DNA from: an uncultured Gemmatimonadales bacterium
Lineage (GTDB): Bacteria; Gemmatimonadota; Gemmatimonadetes; Longimicrobiales; RSA9
Reading direction: 5' to 3'
NCBI GenBank assembly: GCA_963783305.1
Contig: CAWAMW010000016.1
Location: 160,001-224,000, forward strand
DNA: 64,000 nucleotides
In this document: piece by piece, positions 9,969 to 19,911 of the stretch
Layout of the letters: each line of letters starts with the position of its first letter
Numbering within the stretch: position 1 is the stretch's first letter
Translations under genes and position numbers: made by a program
Notes under the pieces: model-generated
Told to the model about the DNA's origin: nothing
Database searches by the model: none
The model's input: the letters and a program-made list of their open reading frames with translations, nothing else

Positions 9969-11266
9969 AACAGATCGCTGCACAGGTACGGACTCGCGCC
10001 GTGGCGGAGGTCGCGGAGGTCGCCGCGCGCCACGATGCGCTCCCCCTGGTCCAGCATCCGGTGGAGGTGGGTGGCGAACCCGGCTGGCACCGCGTTCTGA
10101 TCAACGTTCCCAACGACCAGGTGGGGCCGCTGCTGGCGGGGCTGGAGGAGGCGGTAGGGGATGCGGAGTTCGCGATCCCGGCGGGCGAGACCATGCCTGT
10201 GAGTACTCCAATCGGCGATGTCCGCGAGCAACTGAAGGACGTCTCCACCCGGTCTACGCTGGAGCTGGTGCTCGACGTGCTTCAGAGCGTCGGGTCCTGG
10301 AAGGGAATGCTCCTGTACGCGGTGATCTCCGGAATGGTGGCCGCATACGGCGTCATCTTCAACCTCTCCTTCCTGCTGACGGCGGCCATGCTCATCGCGC
10401 CGCTGGGCGCTCCGGTGATGGTGTGTGTCGTAGGGGTCGCGCTGGGGGACCTGTGGATGGTGCGGCGCGGGGCGGTCCGGTTCTTCGTGTCGCTCCTGGT
10501 GCTGGCGGGGGCGGCCGCCGTGCTCGGGCTCGTCTACGGGCTGCGTCAGTCCACCGCCATGATGGAGACGTTGACCAACCTGTCGGTGTGGTCCGCGATG
10601 CTCGGTGTGGTGGGGGGCGCCGCCGGCGCGCAGGCGTTGATCCAGGCGGAGCGGGACAGCATGGTCACCGCCACGGCCACGGGGTTCCTCGTGGCGGTCT
10701 CGCTGTCGCCGCCGTCGGCGGTCCTGGGGCTGGCGGCCGCGCTGGGTCGGTGGGACTACGTGGTCCTCATGGTGTTCCTGATCGCGGTGACCTTCACGGG
10801 CATCATCGCCGGGGGTTGGGCATCCCTTCGGGTGCAGGGCGTCCACCAGGGCCGGCCCTCGGCGGGTCGTGGAAGCTCCGGGATAGCCCGGGCGCTGGTG
10901 GCCACGACCGTGGTCCTGCTGGCAGGGCTCGTCGCCTGGCAGACGCAGCGGGGGCCGCGCTATCAGAAGGCGGACCGCGCCCGTTCGGCGAGCCAGCTGG
11001 CAAAGGACGCCGTGACGGCGGTGCCGGGCTATCGGCTGATCGATGTGGACGCGAGCTTCACCACCGGCGACTCGAAGTGGCACGAGGGCGAGGGTCTCCT
11101 GGTCCGGGCCGTGGTGGCGCGGGACAGCGGGGCCGCCGCACGGGCCGGGGACGCCGCGCTCCGGCCGGGGGCGGCGTCCGAGGAGCTGAGGGCGGCGATC
11201 TCCCGCAGGATCACGAGCCGGATGGACGACGTCCACCCGTTCATCGACCTGTCGATCCTCCCCTGA
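9965..11266 (+). CDS. DUF389 (TIGR00341-like) membrane protein
   Basis: AAMLIAPL, VAVSLSPP, multiple TM helices; TTG start overlaps the PBP stop codon. Confidence 0.75.
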   Translation: MKQIAAQVRTRAVAEVAEVAARHDALPLVQHPVEVGGEPGWHRVLINVPNDQVGPLLAGLEEAVGDAEFAIPAGETMPVSTPIGDVREQLKDVSTRSTLELVLDVLQSVGSWKGMLLYAVISGMVAAYGVIFNLSFLLTAAMLIAPLGAPVMVCVVGVALGDLWMVRRGAVRFFVSLLVLAGAAAVLGLVYGLRQSTAMMETLTNLSVWSAMLGVVGGAAGAQALIQAERDSMVTATATGFLVAVSLSPPSAVLGLAAALGRWDYVVLMVFLIAVTFTGIIAGGWASLRVQGVHQGRPSAGRGSSGIARALVATTVVLLAGLVAWQTQRGPRYQKADRARSASQLAKDAVTAVPGYRLIDVDASFTTGDSKWHEGEGLLVRAVVARDSGAAARAGDAALRPGAASEELRAAISRRITSRMDDVHPFIDLSILP

Positions 11267-11284
11267 TCGACTGCGGGCCCGGGA

Positions 11285-13564
11285 TCAGCTGAAGCGGATC
11301 CCGTTCGGGGCGACATCGCCGGGCCGCGGCTTGGGCTTCCTGTCCCGCCGCGGCCCGGAGGAGCCCTTGCCGCCGGACTTCCCGGAGCCCGCCGGGCCGC
11401 CCTTCTCGCCGGGCGCGCCGAACGGGTCGGATTTCATGGACAGGCCGATGCGGTTGCGGTCGAGGTCGACGGAGAGGACGCTAACCTGGACGCGGTCGCC
11501 GACGCGGACCACATCGGCGGGGTCCTTGACAAAGCGGTCGGCGAGCTGGGAGACGTGGATGAGCCCGTCCTGGTGGACGCCGATGTCGACGAACGCGCCG
11601 AACGCCACGACGTTGGTGACCACGCCGTCGAGCTTCATCCCCTTCTGGAGGTCTTTCACCTCCTTGACGTCCTCGCGGAAGGTGGGGGCCTCGAAACTTT
11701 CGCGCGGGTCGCGGCCGGGGCGTAGCAGCTCGTCCATGATGTCTTCGAGCGTGGGACGCCCCACGTCGTCGGAGACGTAGCGTCCGAGGTCGAGCTTCCG
11801 TACGGCCTCCTCGTTGCCCACGAGCTCGTCGAGGGGCACGCCCACGTCGTCGACCATGCGCTCGACGAGGGTGTAGCGCTCGGGATGGACGGCGGTGCGG
11901 TCGAGGGGGTTGGGTGCGTTCCGGATCCGCAGGAACCCGGCGGCCTGCTCGAAGGCCTTGGGCCCCAGGCGCGGCACGTCGAGGAGCTCGGCGCGGGAGT
12001 CGAGGCCACCCCGGGTGTCGCGGTATCGGATGATGTTCGCGGCAAGTGTTGGTCCGAGTCCGGCGATATACGCCAGCAGCGACGGCGAGGCCGTGTTCAG
12101 CTCCACGCCCACCCGGTTCACGCAGATCTGGACCACCTCGTCCAGCTGCCGCTTCAGCTCCGGCTGATCCACGTCGTGCTGGTACTGCCCCACGCCGATG
12201 GACTTCGGGTCGATCTTGACCAGCTCGGCCAGGGGGTCCTGGAGCCGCCGGGCGATGGAGACGGCGCCGCGGAGCGACACGTCCATATCGGGCAGCTCCT
12301 CCCGCGCCACCTCCGATGCCGAGTACACGCTCGCGCCCGACTCGTTGACCATGACGATGCCCGGTGCCTTCCCCTTCAGGTCGCCGACGGCGGACCGGGC
12401 GGCCTGGTCGGTCTCCCGTGAGGCCGTGCCGTTGCCGATGGCGATCAGGTGCGGCTCGTGCACTTCCACCAGCGCTCGGAGCCCGGCGGCGAACCGGTCC
12501 GACTGGTGCAGGTAGAGCGTGTCCGTGGCCAGCACCGCGCCCGTCTTCGAGACGACCGCGACCTTCACCCCCGTTCGGAACCCCGGATCCAGGCCGATGA
12601 CCGCCCGCTCTCCGGCGGGCGCCGCCAGCAGCAGCTGCTCGAGGTTGCGGCCGAAGATAGCGATGGCCTCCGCGTCCGCCCGATCCTTGAGCTCCAGCCG
12701 GATCTCCGTCTGGATCGACGGGGAGAGGAGTCGTCGGTACGCGTCCTCCGCGACCGCACTCAGCTGCCGCCGTGCGGGTCGCGACCCGACCACCCGGGCG
12801 ATCACGCCTTCCACGATCTCCTCGTCCGGCACCTCCACCTTCCACGTGAGCACGCCCTCCGACTCACCCCGGCGGATGGCCAGCATCCGGTGGCTCGGGA
12901 TCTCCGTCGACCTCTGCGAGAATTCGAAGTAGTCGCGGAACCGGGCGGCCGCCTCGTCGTCCTCCTTGCCCGTGAGGACCCGCGACGCCACCACGCCCTC
13001 CGATCGCGTCCGGTCCCGCACCCATCCCCGCAGCGCTGCGTCCTCCGCGACCCGCTCGGCGAGAATGTCGCGGGCTCCCTTGAGCGCGTCCTCCGGGGTC
13101 TCCACGCCGCGCTCCGCGTCCACGTAGTCGGGCGCGGCGCGCTCGGTGGCCGCGTCGTCGAGCTCGCCCGCCCAGATCGCGTCCGCCAGCGGCTCCAGTC
13201 CCTTCTCCCTCGCGATCGTCGCCCGCGTGCGGCGCTTCGGCTTGTACGGGAGGTACAGGTCCTCGAGCTCCTGCTTCGTCGCCGCGGCCTCGATCCGATC
13301 CCGCAGGGCATCTTCCAGTTTCCCCTGATCCTCGATGGACTCCAGGATCGCCGATCGTCGGGATTCCAGCTCCGTCAGGTAGGCCGCACGGTCCCGCGCG
13401 TCCCGCAGCTGGACCTCGTCCATGCCGCCCGTCGCTTCTTTCCGGTAGCGCGCGATGAACGGGAGCGTGTTCCCTTCCTCGAAGAGGGCGAGGGCGGGGC
13501 CGACCTGCCTGGGCGACAGGTCGAGCTCGCGGGCGACGGTCTGGACGATCTTCTGGTCTGGCAT
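11285..13564 (-). CDS. tex: Tex family RNA-binding transcription accessory protein
   Basis: GNT.PFIARYRKEATG, LEDLYLPYKPKRRT, GLDPGFRTG, IGNGTASRET, IGVGQYQHD, C-terminal S1 domain. Confidence 0.97.
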   Translation of the reverse strand: MPDQKIVQTVARELDLSPRQVGPALALFEEGNTLPFIARYRKEATGGMDEVQLRDARDRAAYLTELESRRSAILESIEDQGKLEDALRDRIEAAATKQELEDLYLPYKPKRRTRATIAREKGLEPLADAIWAGELDDAATERAAPDYVDAERGVETPEDALKGARDILAERVAEDAALRGWVRDRTRSEGVVASRVLTGKEDDEAAARFRDYFEFSQRSTEIPSHRMLAIRRGESEGVLTWKVEVPDEEIVEGVIARVVGSRPARRQLSAVAEDAYRRLLSPSIQTEIRLELKDRADAEAIAIFGRNLEQLLLAAPAGERAVIGLDPGFRTGVKVAVVSKTGAVLATDTLYLHQSDRFAAGLRALVEVHEPHLIAIGNGTASRETDQAARSAVGDLKGKAPGIVMVNESGASVYSASEVAREELPDMDVSLRGAVSIARRLQDPLAELVKIDPKSIGVGQYQHDVDQPELKRQLDEVVQICVNRVGVELNTASPSLLAYIAGLGPTLAANIIRYRDTRGGLDSRAELLDVPRLGPKAFEQAAGFLRIRNAPNPLDRTAVHPERYTLVERMVDDVGVPLDELVGNEEAVRKLDLGRYVSDDVGRPTLEDIMDELLRPGRDPRESFEAPTFREDVKEVKDLQKGMKLDGVVTNVVAFGAFVDIGVHQDGLIHVSQLADRFVKDPADVVRVGDRVQVSVLSVDLDRNRIGLSMKSDPFGAPGEKGGPAGSGKSGGKGSSGPRRDRKPKPRPGDVAPNGIRFS

Positions 13565-13637
13565 TCGGCTATAGCTCCTGGGGAATCGACGTCGCGCGGA
13601 AGGTCGCGGGAGGGCCGTCGCGATTCAAGGAGTCGTG

Positions 13638-14276
13638 CTAGAGGAGTGACCCGATGCGCGTGGCGCCCAGGCGGTGGGCCAGCACCAGGAAGAGCTCGGC
13701 GGTGGCGACGGCATCGGAGAGGGCCTCGTGGGCCCGGTGCGGCGGGAGGCCGAAGCGGGCCCGAGCGGTGCCGAGCCCGGTGGGGAACTCCGTGCGCTCC
13801 GGCGTCAGGTGCCCGTGCCGGCGCGCGAAGCGAAGCAGCAGCTGTACGGTATCGATGACCGCCAGGGTGGGCGGCTCGATGTCGTGAGCCCTGAACGCGG
13901 CGTGCAGGAAGGGGACGTCGACGCGACGCTCGTGCACGATGAGCACGCCCGCTTCGAGGCGGGAGACCACCTCCGGCAGCACGGTTTCGGGCGGCGGGGC
14001 GTCCTCGAGGTCGTCGGGGAGGATGTGGTGAATGGTGAGGCTGGCGCCGGTGACGGGCTGGCCGGGGCGCAGGAGGGAGTGGTAGGACTCCCCCAGTCGT
14101 ATGACGCCCTCCCTGATGGGAACCATGCCAACGGAGAGGATGGGGTCCTTGCGGGCGTCGAGGCCGCCGGTCTCGAGGTCGAGGACCCAGAGGGTGCGGT
14201 CCCGCCATGGGTCGCGGCGGAGCGCGAGTCGGTGGCGGAGACCCTGTCCGAGGCGGTGGAGTGCGGAGCGGCTCAC
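13638..14276 (-). CDS. DEDDh 3'-5' exonuclease (DnaQ/epsilon-like)
   Basis: LDLETGG (ExoI), VDVPFL (ExoII), HEALSDA (ExoIII). Confidence 0.85.
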   Translation of the reverse strand: MSRSALHRLGQGLRHRLALRRDPWRDRTLWVLDLETGGLDARKDPILSVGMVPIREGVIRLGESYHSLLRPGQPVTGASLTIHHILPDDLEDAPPPETVLPEVVSRLEAGVLIVHERRVDVPFLHAAFRAHDIEPPTLAVIDTVQLLLRFARRHGHLTPERTEFPTGLGTARARFGLPPHRAHEALSDAVATAELFLVLAHRLGATRIGSLL

Positions 14277-16126
14277 CCGAGGCGCCCGGCCTCGTAGCGG
14301 CGGGAGAGGGCCTCCTGGGCATCGCGTATGGCGAGGAAGGCCTCTTTGAGGTGCCGGCGCTCGAGGGTCGAGAGGTGGTCGAGGACGATATCATTGGTGG
14401 GAGGGAGGCCGTCGCGGCGGTTCGCGAGCTGGGCTCGGAGGCGGAGCCGGAGGAGGAAGGCGAAGCTCTCGGCCAGGGTGTCGGCGTCTGTGGGGGAGAG
14501 GGCGCCGGCGTCGGCGGCGGAGCTGAGCCGTGCGGGAGTAGATCGGGCGTGGGCGCCGGCCGCGAGGGCGTGGATGCGTCCGATGCCGACAATGGGGATG
14601 ATCCCGTCGCGCTTGAGGTCCACCCGACCGTCGTGGTCCTTGAGTCGTCCGAAGAGTCCGAGGGGCGGCCGGAACCGGATCGAGGCGGCGGTCAGGTGGG
14701 CGAGGAAGATCTGGTTGCGGCCGGCTTCCAGCACGAGGTCCGAGAGTGGTTCGAGGGAGAGGATGCCGCGAACCCCTCGGAAGTCGAAGAGATTGGAGGC
14801 GTCCACCAGTGCCGACTCTTCCTCGAGCCGGATCCAGCTCCTGAATCGGGCGCGCCATTCATCCATGGCAAACGCCCAGCGGGTCGCCATGTAGTCGCCC
14901 TTGCAGGGCGGGAACCCGGCGCGGAGCAGCGTCTCGACCACGCGGCGGGCGAGTGCGTGGAAGTACTCGGAATCGGCGGGGTCGGCGCCCGGTGCTCCGG
15001 CGCCCGGGCTCCAGACCAGAGCGTTGTCCTGGTCGGTGAGGAGCGCCTGCTCCATTCGGCCTTCGGAGCCGAACACCAGCCATTCGTAGGGGCGCGGCGG
15101 CGGCCCCAGCTCGGACTCGGCGAGCCGGAGCGCTCCCCGGACGAGGGTATCGTTGAGGCCGGCAATGAGGCGACCGATGCGCACGGCGTCCACGCCCTGC
15201 TCGAAGAGACGCTCCACGGTGGCGGCGACGTCGTCGGCGTACCCTTCGGCGTCCTCGGGCGCGTGGAGGCGGCTGAGGCGACGCCCCAGGTGGAGGGGGC
15301 TCTGGCTCCGATGTCGGAGGAGGTCGCCGTTGCTCACCACACCGGTGATCCGCCCTTCGGTGGTCACCGCCAGGTGGTGGATCTGGTGGTGCAGCATGAA
15401 GGTCACGGCCTCGTGGATCGGGGCGGTGTCCGGGAGCGTGAGGACGGGTCGGGTCGCGATGCGGTCGAGGGGGGTCTCGGGTCCGAGACCGGCGGCCAGC
15501 ACCCGACCGCGCAGGTCCCGATCGGTAATGATCCCGGGGTCGTCGCCGGAGACCAGGACGGAGCTGATGCCCTGATCGCGCATGATGGCGGCGGCGGTGC
15601 GTACGGTCTCGTGGTCCGGGAGCCAGACGGGCTCTCCCTGCACGAGCTCCTTCACGGGCTCGGCGAACGAGGTTCCGTTGTGGGGCGGCCTCTGAACCGC
15701 CGTGCGCCGCAGTCGCTGCTGGAGGCCCTGCAGGAGGAAATCGTTCCACGCCGGGCCGTCCAGGAGGTCCACGCAGGCGTCGCCCGCGAGGCGGTAGGCC
15801 AGCGTATCCTCATCGGTGATGACATCAAAGGCGGGGGCATCGCCGGTGGTGAGGGAGGGGAACCCGAAGAGGTCCCCCTCCTCCAGCACGATCACCACCT
15901 GTCCGTCCCGTTCCAGGCGGACGGCACCCTTCCGTATGAGATACGTGTAGCGGGAAGGGTCACCTCCCTGGGTCAGGACCCGCTCGCCCCGGGGGAGGTA
16001 GGTGATCTCAGCCGACCGCACCACGCACGCCAGCGCCTCCTCGTCCAGCCCATCGAAGGGCGGATGAGAGCGGATGAACTCCAGATGGTCCGCGGGGGCC
16101 ACCGGAGGCGTAGCGCGGTCGGGCAT
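14273..16126 (-). CDS. cNMP-binding + CBS + DUF294 nucleotidyltransferase-like signal protein
   Basis: N-terminal cNMP domain (HPPFD.L, IRKGAV, EGDLFG), CBS pair (GIITDRDLR, IHHLAV), GSEGRMEQ...TDQDNAL, DLKRDG. Confidence 0.9.
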   Translation of the reverse strand: MPDRATPPVAPADHLEFIRSHPPFDGLDEEALACVVRSAEITYLPRGERVLTQGGDPSRYTYLIRKGAVRLERDGQVVIVLEEGDLFGFPSLTTGDAPAFDVITDEDTLAYRLAGDACVDLLDGPAWNDFLLQGLQQRLRRTAVQRPPHNGTSFAEPVKELVQGEPVWLPDHETVRTAAAIMRDQGISSVLVSGDDPGIITDRDLRGRVLAAGLGPETPLDRIATRPVLTLPDTAPIHEAVTFMLHHQIHHLAVTTEGRITGVVSNGDLLRHRSQSPLHLGRRLSRLHAPEDAEGYADDVAATVERLFEQGVDAVRIGRLIAGLNDTLVRGALRLAESELGPPPRPYEWLVFGSEGRMEQALLTDQDNALVWSPGAGAPGADPADSEYFHALARRVVETLLRAGFPPCKGDYMATRWAFAMDEWRARFRSWIRLEEESALVDASNLFDFRGVRGILSLEPLSDLVLEAGRNQIFLAHLTAASIRFRPPLGLFGRLKDHDGRVDLKRDGIIPIVGIGRIHALAAGAHARSTPARLSSAADAGALSPTDADTLAESFAFLLRLRLRAQLANRRDGLPPTNDIVLDHLSTLERRHLKEAFLAIRDAQEALSRRYEAGRLG

Positions 16127-16141
16127 GAGAGCGGTTCGGGT

Positions 16142-17848
16142 TCAGTGTCCCACGGCGGGCGTCGGCGTCGCCACCGGGTCCTCGTGGGGGTGACGGATGC
16201 TGTCCACCAGCTCGCGGATGTGCGCGGGCGGCGGCTCGGTCATGAGGCTCACCCCGATGGTGACGGCGAAGTTGATCAGCATTCCGATGGTGCCGATCCC
16301 CTGGGCGGTGATGCCGAAGAACGAATCCACAAGGGGCGCCTCGGTCCCCAGCAGCTGGACCGACCGGTTGAGGAGGATGAAGATGGCGGTGAAGCTCAGC
16401 CCCGTCACCATCCCGGCGATCGCGCCCGGCGCGTTCGCCCGCTTCCAGAAGATGCCCAGCACGATGATCGGGAAGAAGCTGGCTGCGGCGAGACCGAAGG
16501 CGAACGCCACCACCTCCGCCACGAAGCCCGGGGGGTGGATCCCGAACCAGGCGGCCACGAACACCGCCAGCCCGATGACGATCCGACCCACCATGAGCCG
16601 CTTCGCGTCCGACGCTTCCGGGTTGATCATCTGACCGTACAGGTCGTGGGCGAACGCGCTGCTGATCACCAGCAGGAGCCCCGAGGCCGTGGACAGCGCG
16701 GCGGCCAGGCCACCCGCCGCCACCAGCGCGATGACGAACGGCGCCAGCTTCGCGATCTCCGGCAGCGCCAGGACGATGATGTCCCGGTCGATACTCGCCG
16801 CCAGGCCATTGGCGCCGAAGAGCTCGGCGGCCTGCATGATGCCATCGGCGTTGGCGTCGTTCAGCGTGATGAGCCCCGTCTGCATCCAGTTCTGGACCCA
16901 GCTCATGGCCGCCACCGTCTCGACGGGCTGATTGGCCAGCGTGTCGAGTATGTAGTACTTGGCGAACACCGCAACGGTCGGCGCCGTGGTGTAGAGGATC
17001 CCGATGAAGAGGAGCGCGAAGCCCGCCGACCAGCGCGCGGCGCTCACGCTCCGGACCGTGTAGAAGCGGACGATCACGTGGGGCAGCCCCGCCGTCCCCA
17101 CCATGAGCGCCACCGTGATGGCGAACACGTTGATCATGGACAGGTTCGCGAACGGCGAGCTGTACCCGCTCAGCCCCAGGTCCCGCGACAGCCCGTCCAG
17201 CAGCGGCAGTACCTCGCCGATGGCGATCTGCGGTACCGGGATCCCCGTCAGCACCATGGCGATGGCGATGGCCGGCACCAGGTATGCGAAGATCAGCACA
17301 CAGTACTGCGCCACCTGCGTGTACGTGATCCCCTTCATCCCGCCCCAGATGGCGTAGAAGGCCACGATCACCATCCCGATCAGCACGCCCTGCGTCACCG
17401 AGACATTCAGGAACCGGCTGAACACCACGCCCACGCCCCGCATCTGACCCGCGACGTAGGTGAAGCTCACGAAGATCGCGGCAATCACCGCCACCACACG
17501 CGCCACGTTCGAATAGTACCGGGCGTGCACGAAATCCGGGACCGTGTACTTCCCGAACTTCCGGAGGAACGGCGCCAGCAGCAGCGCCAGCAGCACGTAC
17601 CCGCCCGTCCAGCCCATGAGGTACACGCTGCCGTCCGCGCCCATGAACGCGATGAGACCCGCCATGGAGATGAAGCTCGCGGCGCTCATCCAGTCCGCTG
17701 CCGTCGCCATTCCGTTCGCGATCGGCGATACGCCCCGGCCTGCTACGTAAAAGCCCTCTGTCGTCCGCACGCGGCTCCAGAGGGCGATCCCGATGTAGAG
17801 GGCGAACGTCAGCCCCACCAGGATGAAGGTCCATGTCTGAATGGACAT
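16142..17848 (-). CDS. Sodium:solute symporter, acetate permease (ActP-like) family
   Basis: FYVAGRGV, NGMATAADWMSAASFISMAG, GWTGGYVL, GTAGLPHVIVRFYTV, GGLAAALSTASGLLL. Confidence 0.92.
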   Translation of the reverse strand: MSIQTWTFILVGLTFALYIGIALWSRVRTTEGFYVAGRGVSPIANGMATAADWMSAASFISMAGLIAFMGADGSVYLMGWTGGYVLLALLLAPFLRKFGKYTVPDFVHARYYSNVARVVAVIAAIFVSFTYVAGQMRGVGVVFSRFLNVSVTQGVLIGMVIVAFYAIWGGMKGITYTQVAQYCVLIFAYLVPAIAIAMVLTGIPVPQIAIGEVLPLLDGLSRDLGLSGYSSPFANLSMINVFAITVALMVGTAGLPHVIVRFYTVRSVSAARWSAGFALLFIGILYTTAPTVAVFAKYYILDTLANQPVETVAAMSWVQNWMQTGLITLNDANADGIMQAAELFGANGLAASIDRDIIVLALPEIAKLAPFVIALVAAGGLAAALSTASGLLLVISSAFAHDLYGQMINPEASDAKRLMVGRIVIGLAVFVAAWFGIHPPGFVAEVVAFAFGLAAASFFPIIVLGIFWKRANAPGAIAGMVTGLSFTAIFILLNRSVQLLGTEAPLVDSFFGITAQGIGTIGMLINFAVTIGVSLMTEPPPAHIRELVDSIRHPHEDPVATPTPAVGH

Positions 17849-17852
17849 GCGC

Positions 17853-18161
17853 CTACCCCTCCCTTCCGATGGAGCCATCCACGGGCGCACCCCCCGCGGT
17901 GTGGCCGTGGGAGTCCCGGTCCAGCCGGTCTCCCATCCAGGCGTATGCGAAGATCAGGACGATGAACACGTAGATGGACCCCTGCTGTGAGATCCAGAAC
18001 CCCAGCGGGATTCCACCCAGGCTGAACGCGTTCAGCGGCTCGACCAGCAGGATTCCCAGTACGGGCCCCACCAGGAACCAGATGGCCAGAAGCACCACGA
18101 TGCGGCGGAGCAGCCGCGACCAGGCCTCTCCGGCGGCGGCGACGTTGCGGTCCTCGTCCAT
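17853..18161 (-). CDS. DUF4212 small subunit of solute symporter
   Basis: LLAIWF.V, LN..SLGG.PLGFWISQQGSIYVF..LIF.Y; immediately upstream of the symporter. Confidence 0.88.
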   Translation of the reverse strand: MDEDRNVAAAGEAWSRLLRRIVVLLAIWFLVGPVLGILLVEPLNAFSLGGIPLGFWISQQGSIYVFIVLIFAYAWMGDRLDRDSHGHTAGGAPVDGSIGREG

Positions 18162-18501
18162 GTCTTTCCTCCATGTTCAGGATGAGCGAGCGCGCCGGGT
18201 GTCGGCCGCGAGCACGTCGCGCGCACACCCTGACGCAGGGTCAACATCGGGGGGACCCTGCTTCTGCTCTCGCTGTTGGTGGATCGGATCCGGCGGAACT
18301 GCAACCGGGCACCCATGTATTCACTTCCGAGTGTTCCAATACAGTAGGGCGCCACGACCGATGTGTGTAGGGAAAAATCTGCGGCCCTCCCCCGAGCACT
18401 GTCGGGATTCTCCCCACACGCCTCCTTCCGACCGGTGCCGGTTTCGCCGTTTTCGGGAACGGTTATGTTGACCCGGCGATCAACTCGACCCGGGTGGGGA
18501 C

Positions 18502-19821
18502 GTGAGCGAAAGGGAGCGGCGCAGCGCGCGCTCAATCCTGCTGTTCTGGCTGCCGCTGGCGGCCACGTGGATGATGATGGCGGTGGAGGGGCCGTTCCTC
18601 GCGGCGGTCATCGCGCGTCTGGCGGATCCGAAGTTCAACCTGGCGGCGCACGGTGTGGCGTTCGCGTTCGCGATCCTGATCGAGGCGCCGGTGATCATGC
18701 TGATGAGCGCCTCGACGGCACTGGTGGAGGACGCGAAGACGTACCGTCGTCTGCGGAACTTCGCGAACGTGCTGAACGCGGGCGCGACAGCGGTGCTGCT
18801 GCTGGTGCTGATCCCGGGGGTGTACGGCGGCCTGATGGAAGGGTTGATCGGGCTCCCGCCGGAGGTGGCGCGGCTGACGTACGGCGCGCTGTGGATCCTG
18901 CTGCCATGGCCGGCGGCGATCGGGTATCGGCGGTTCCTGCACGGGCTGTTGATCCGATCGGGTCGGACGCGACTGGTGGCGATCGGCACGATGCTGCGGC
19001 TCGTGGGGATGAGCGGTACGGCGCTGACGCTGTTCCTGACTACGGACCTGCCCGGCGCGTGGGTGGGTGCGGGAGCGCTGTCGGCGGGGGTGGTGACGGA
19101 GGCGGTGGCGGCGCGCTTCATGGCGCTGGGAACAGTGCGTGAGCTTCTGGCGCGGGAGCGCGGAGTCGACGACGACTCCCCGGCCCACGACGGCTACCGC
19201 GCTATCGCGGTGTTCTACTACCCGCTGGCGCTCACGTCCGTGATCGGTCTGACGGTGCAGCCGATGCTGACGTTCTTCATGGGGCGGGCGCCGGCGCCGA
19301 TCGAGTCGCTGGCGGTGTTCCCGGTGGTGCATTCGCTGTCGTTCCTCTTCCGCGCCATCGGGCTGAGCTTCCAGGAGGCGGCCATCGCGCTCATGGGGAA
19401 GCGCTTCGAGCACTACCCGGAGCTGGCGCGGTTTGCGCTGTGGCTGGGGATCGGGGCGTCGAGCGCCTTTGCGCTGGTGGCCTTCACGCCGCTGCTGGAC
19501 TTCTGGTTCATCACGGTGTCCGGGCTGCCGCCGGAGCTCGCGGCGTTCGCCATCACGCCCACGCGAATCATGGCGCCGCTCCCGGCGCTGAGTGTGCTGC
19601 TCTCGTTCCAGCGGGCGATCCTGGTGCAGGGCCGACGGACCCGCCCCATCACCATCGCGACGGTGATCGAGGTGGTCACGATCGCCGCGCTCTTCCCGCT
19701 CTTCGGTTGGGGGATGGGGATGGTAGGCGTGACGGCCGCGGTCATCGCGTTCGTGGTCGGCCGGGTGGGCGGCGTCACATTCCTGCTGGGCAAGACGGGC
19801 TCGACGCGCCGCCGGATCTGA
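18502..19821 (+). CDS. MOP-superfamily (MATE/ANKH-like) 12-TM transporter
   Basis: Two repeated halves starting FWLPLAAT../FYYPLALT..; LAAHGVAF; about 12 TM segments. Confidence 0.65.
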   Translation: MSERERRSARSILLFWLPLAATWMMMAVEGPFLAAVIARLADPKFNLAAHGVAFAFAILIEAPVIMLMSASTALVEDAKTYRRLRNFANVLNAGATAVLLLVLIPGVYGGLMEGLIGLPPEVARLTYGALWILLPWPAAIGYRRFLHGLLIRSGRTRLVAIGTMLRLVGMSGTALTLFLTTDLPGAWVGAGALSAGVVTEAVAARFMALGTVRELLARERGVDDDSPAHDGYRAIAVFYYPLALTSVIGLTVQPMLTFFMGRAPAPIESLAVFPVVHSLSFLFRAIGLSFQEAAIALMGKRFEHYPELARFALWLGIGASSAFALVAFTPLLDFWFITVSGLPPELAAFAITPTRIMAPLPALSVLLSFQRAILVQGRRTRPITIATVIEVVTIAALFPLFGWGMGMVGVTAAVIAFVVGRVGGVTFLLGKTGSTRRRI

Positions 19822-19911
19822 GCGGGGACGACCGCTGTCCCCGGGCCGGGATCCGCCATAGCTTCGACGAGAGTGCATCGACGACTCGGGAACGGACGAG
19901 GGGCAGGGACC

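Noticed and set aside
14207..17965. 1252-aa + strand ORF (and similar long ORFs such as 5940-8366, 49424-51688, 34238-36550)
   Set aside because: Antisense shadows of well-supported genes. High GC suppresses stop codons, and the translations are Arg/Gly/Pro-rich with no recognisable motifs.
18401..18417. GGGATTCTCCC palindrome shared with 29968-29978 as a common regulator site
   Set aside because: Only 11 bp are shared, which is plausible by chance, and the second copy is explained as part of the tupA leader hairpin.
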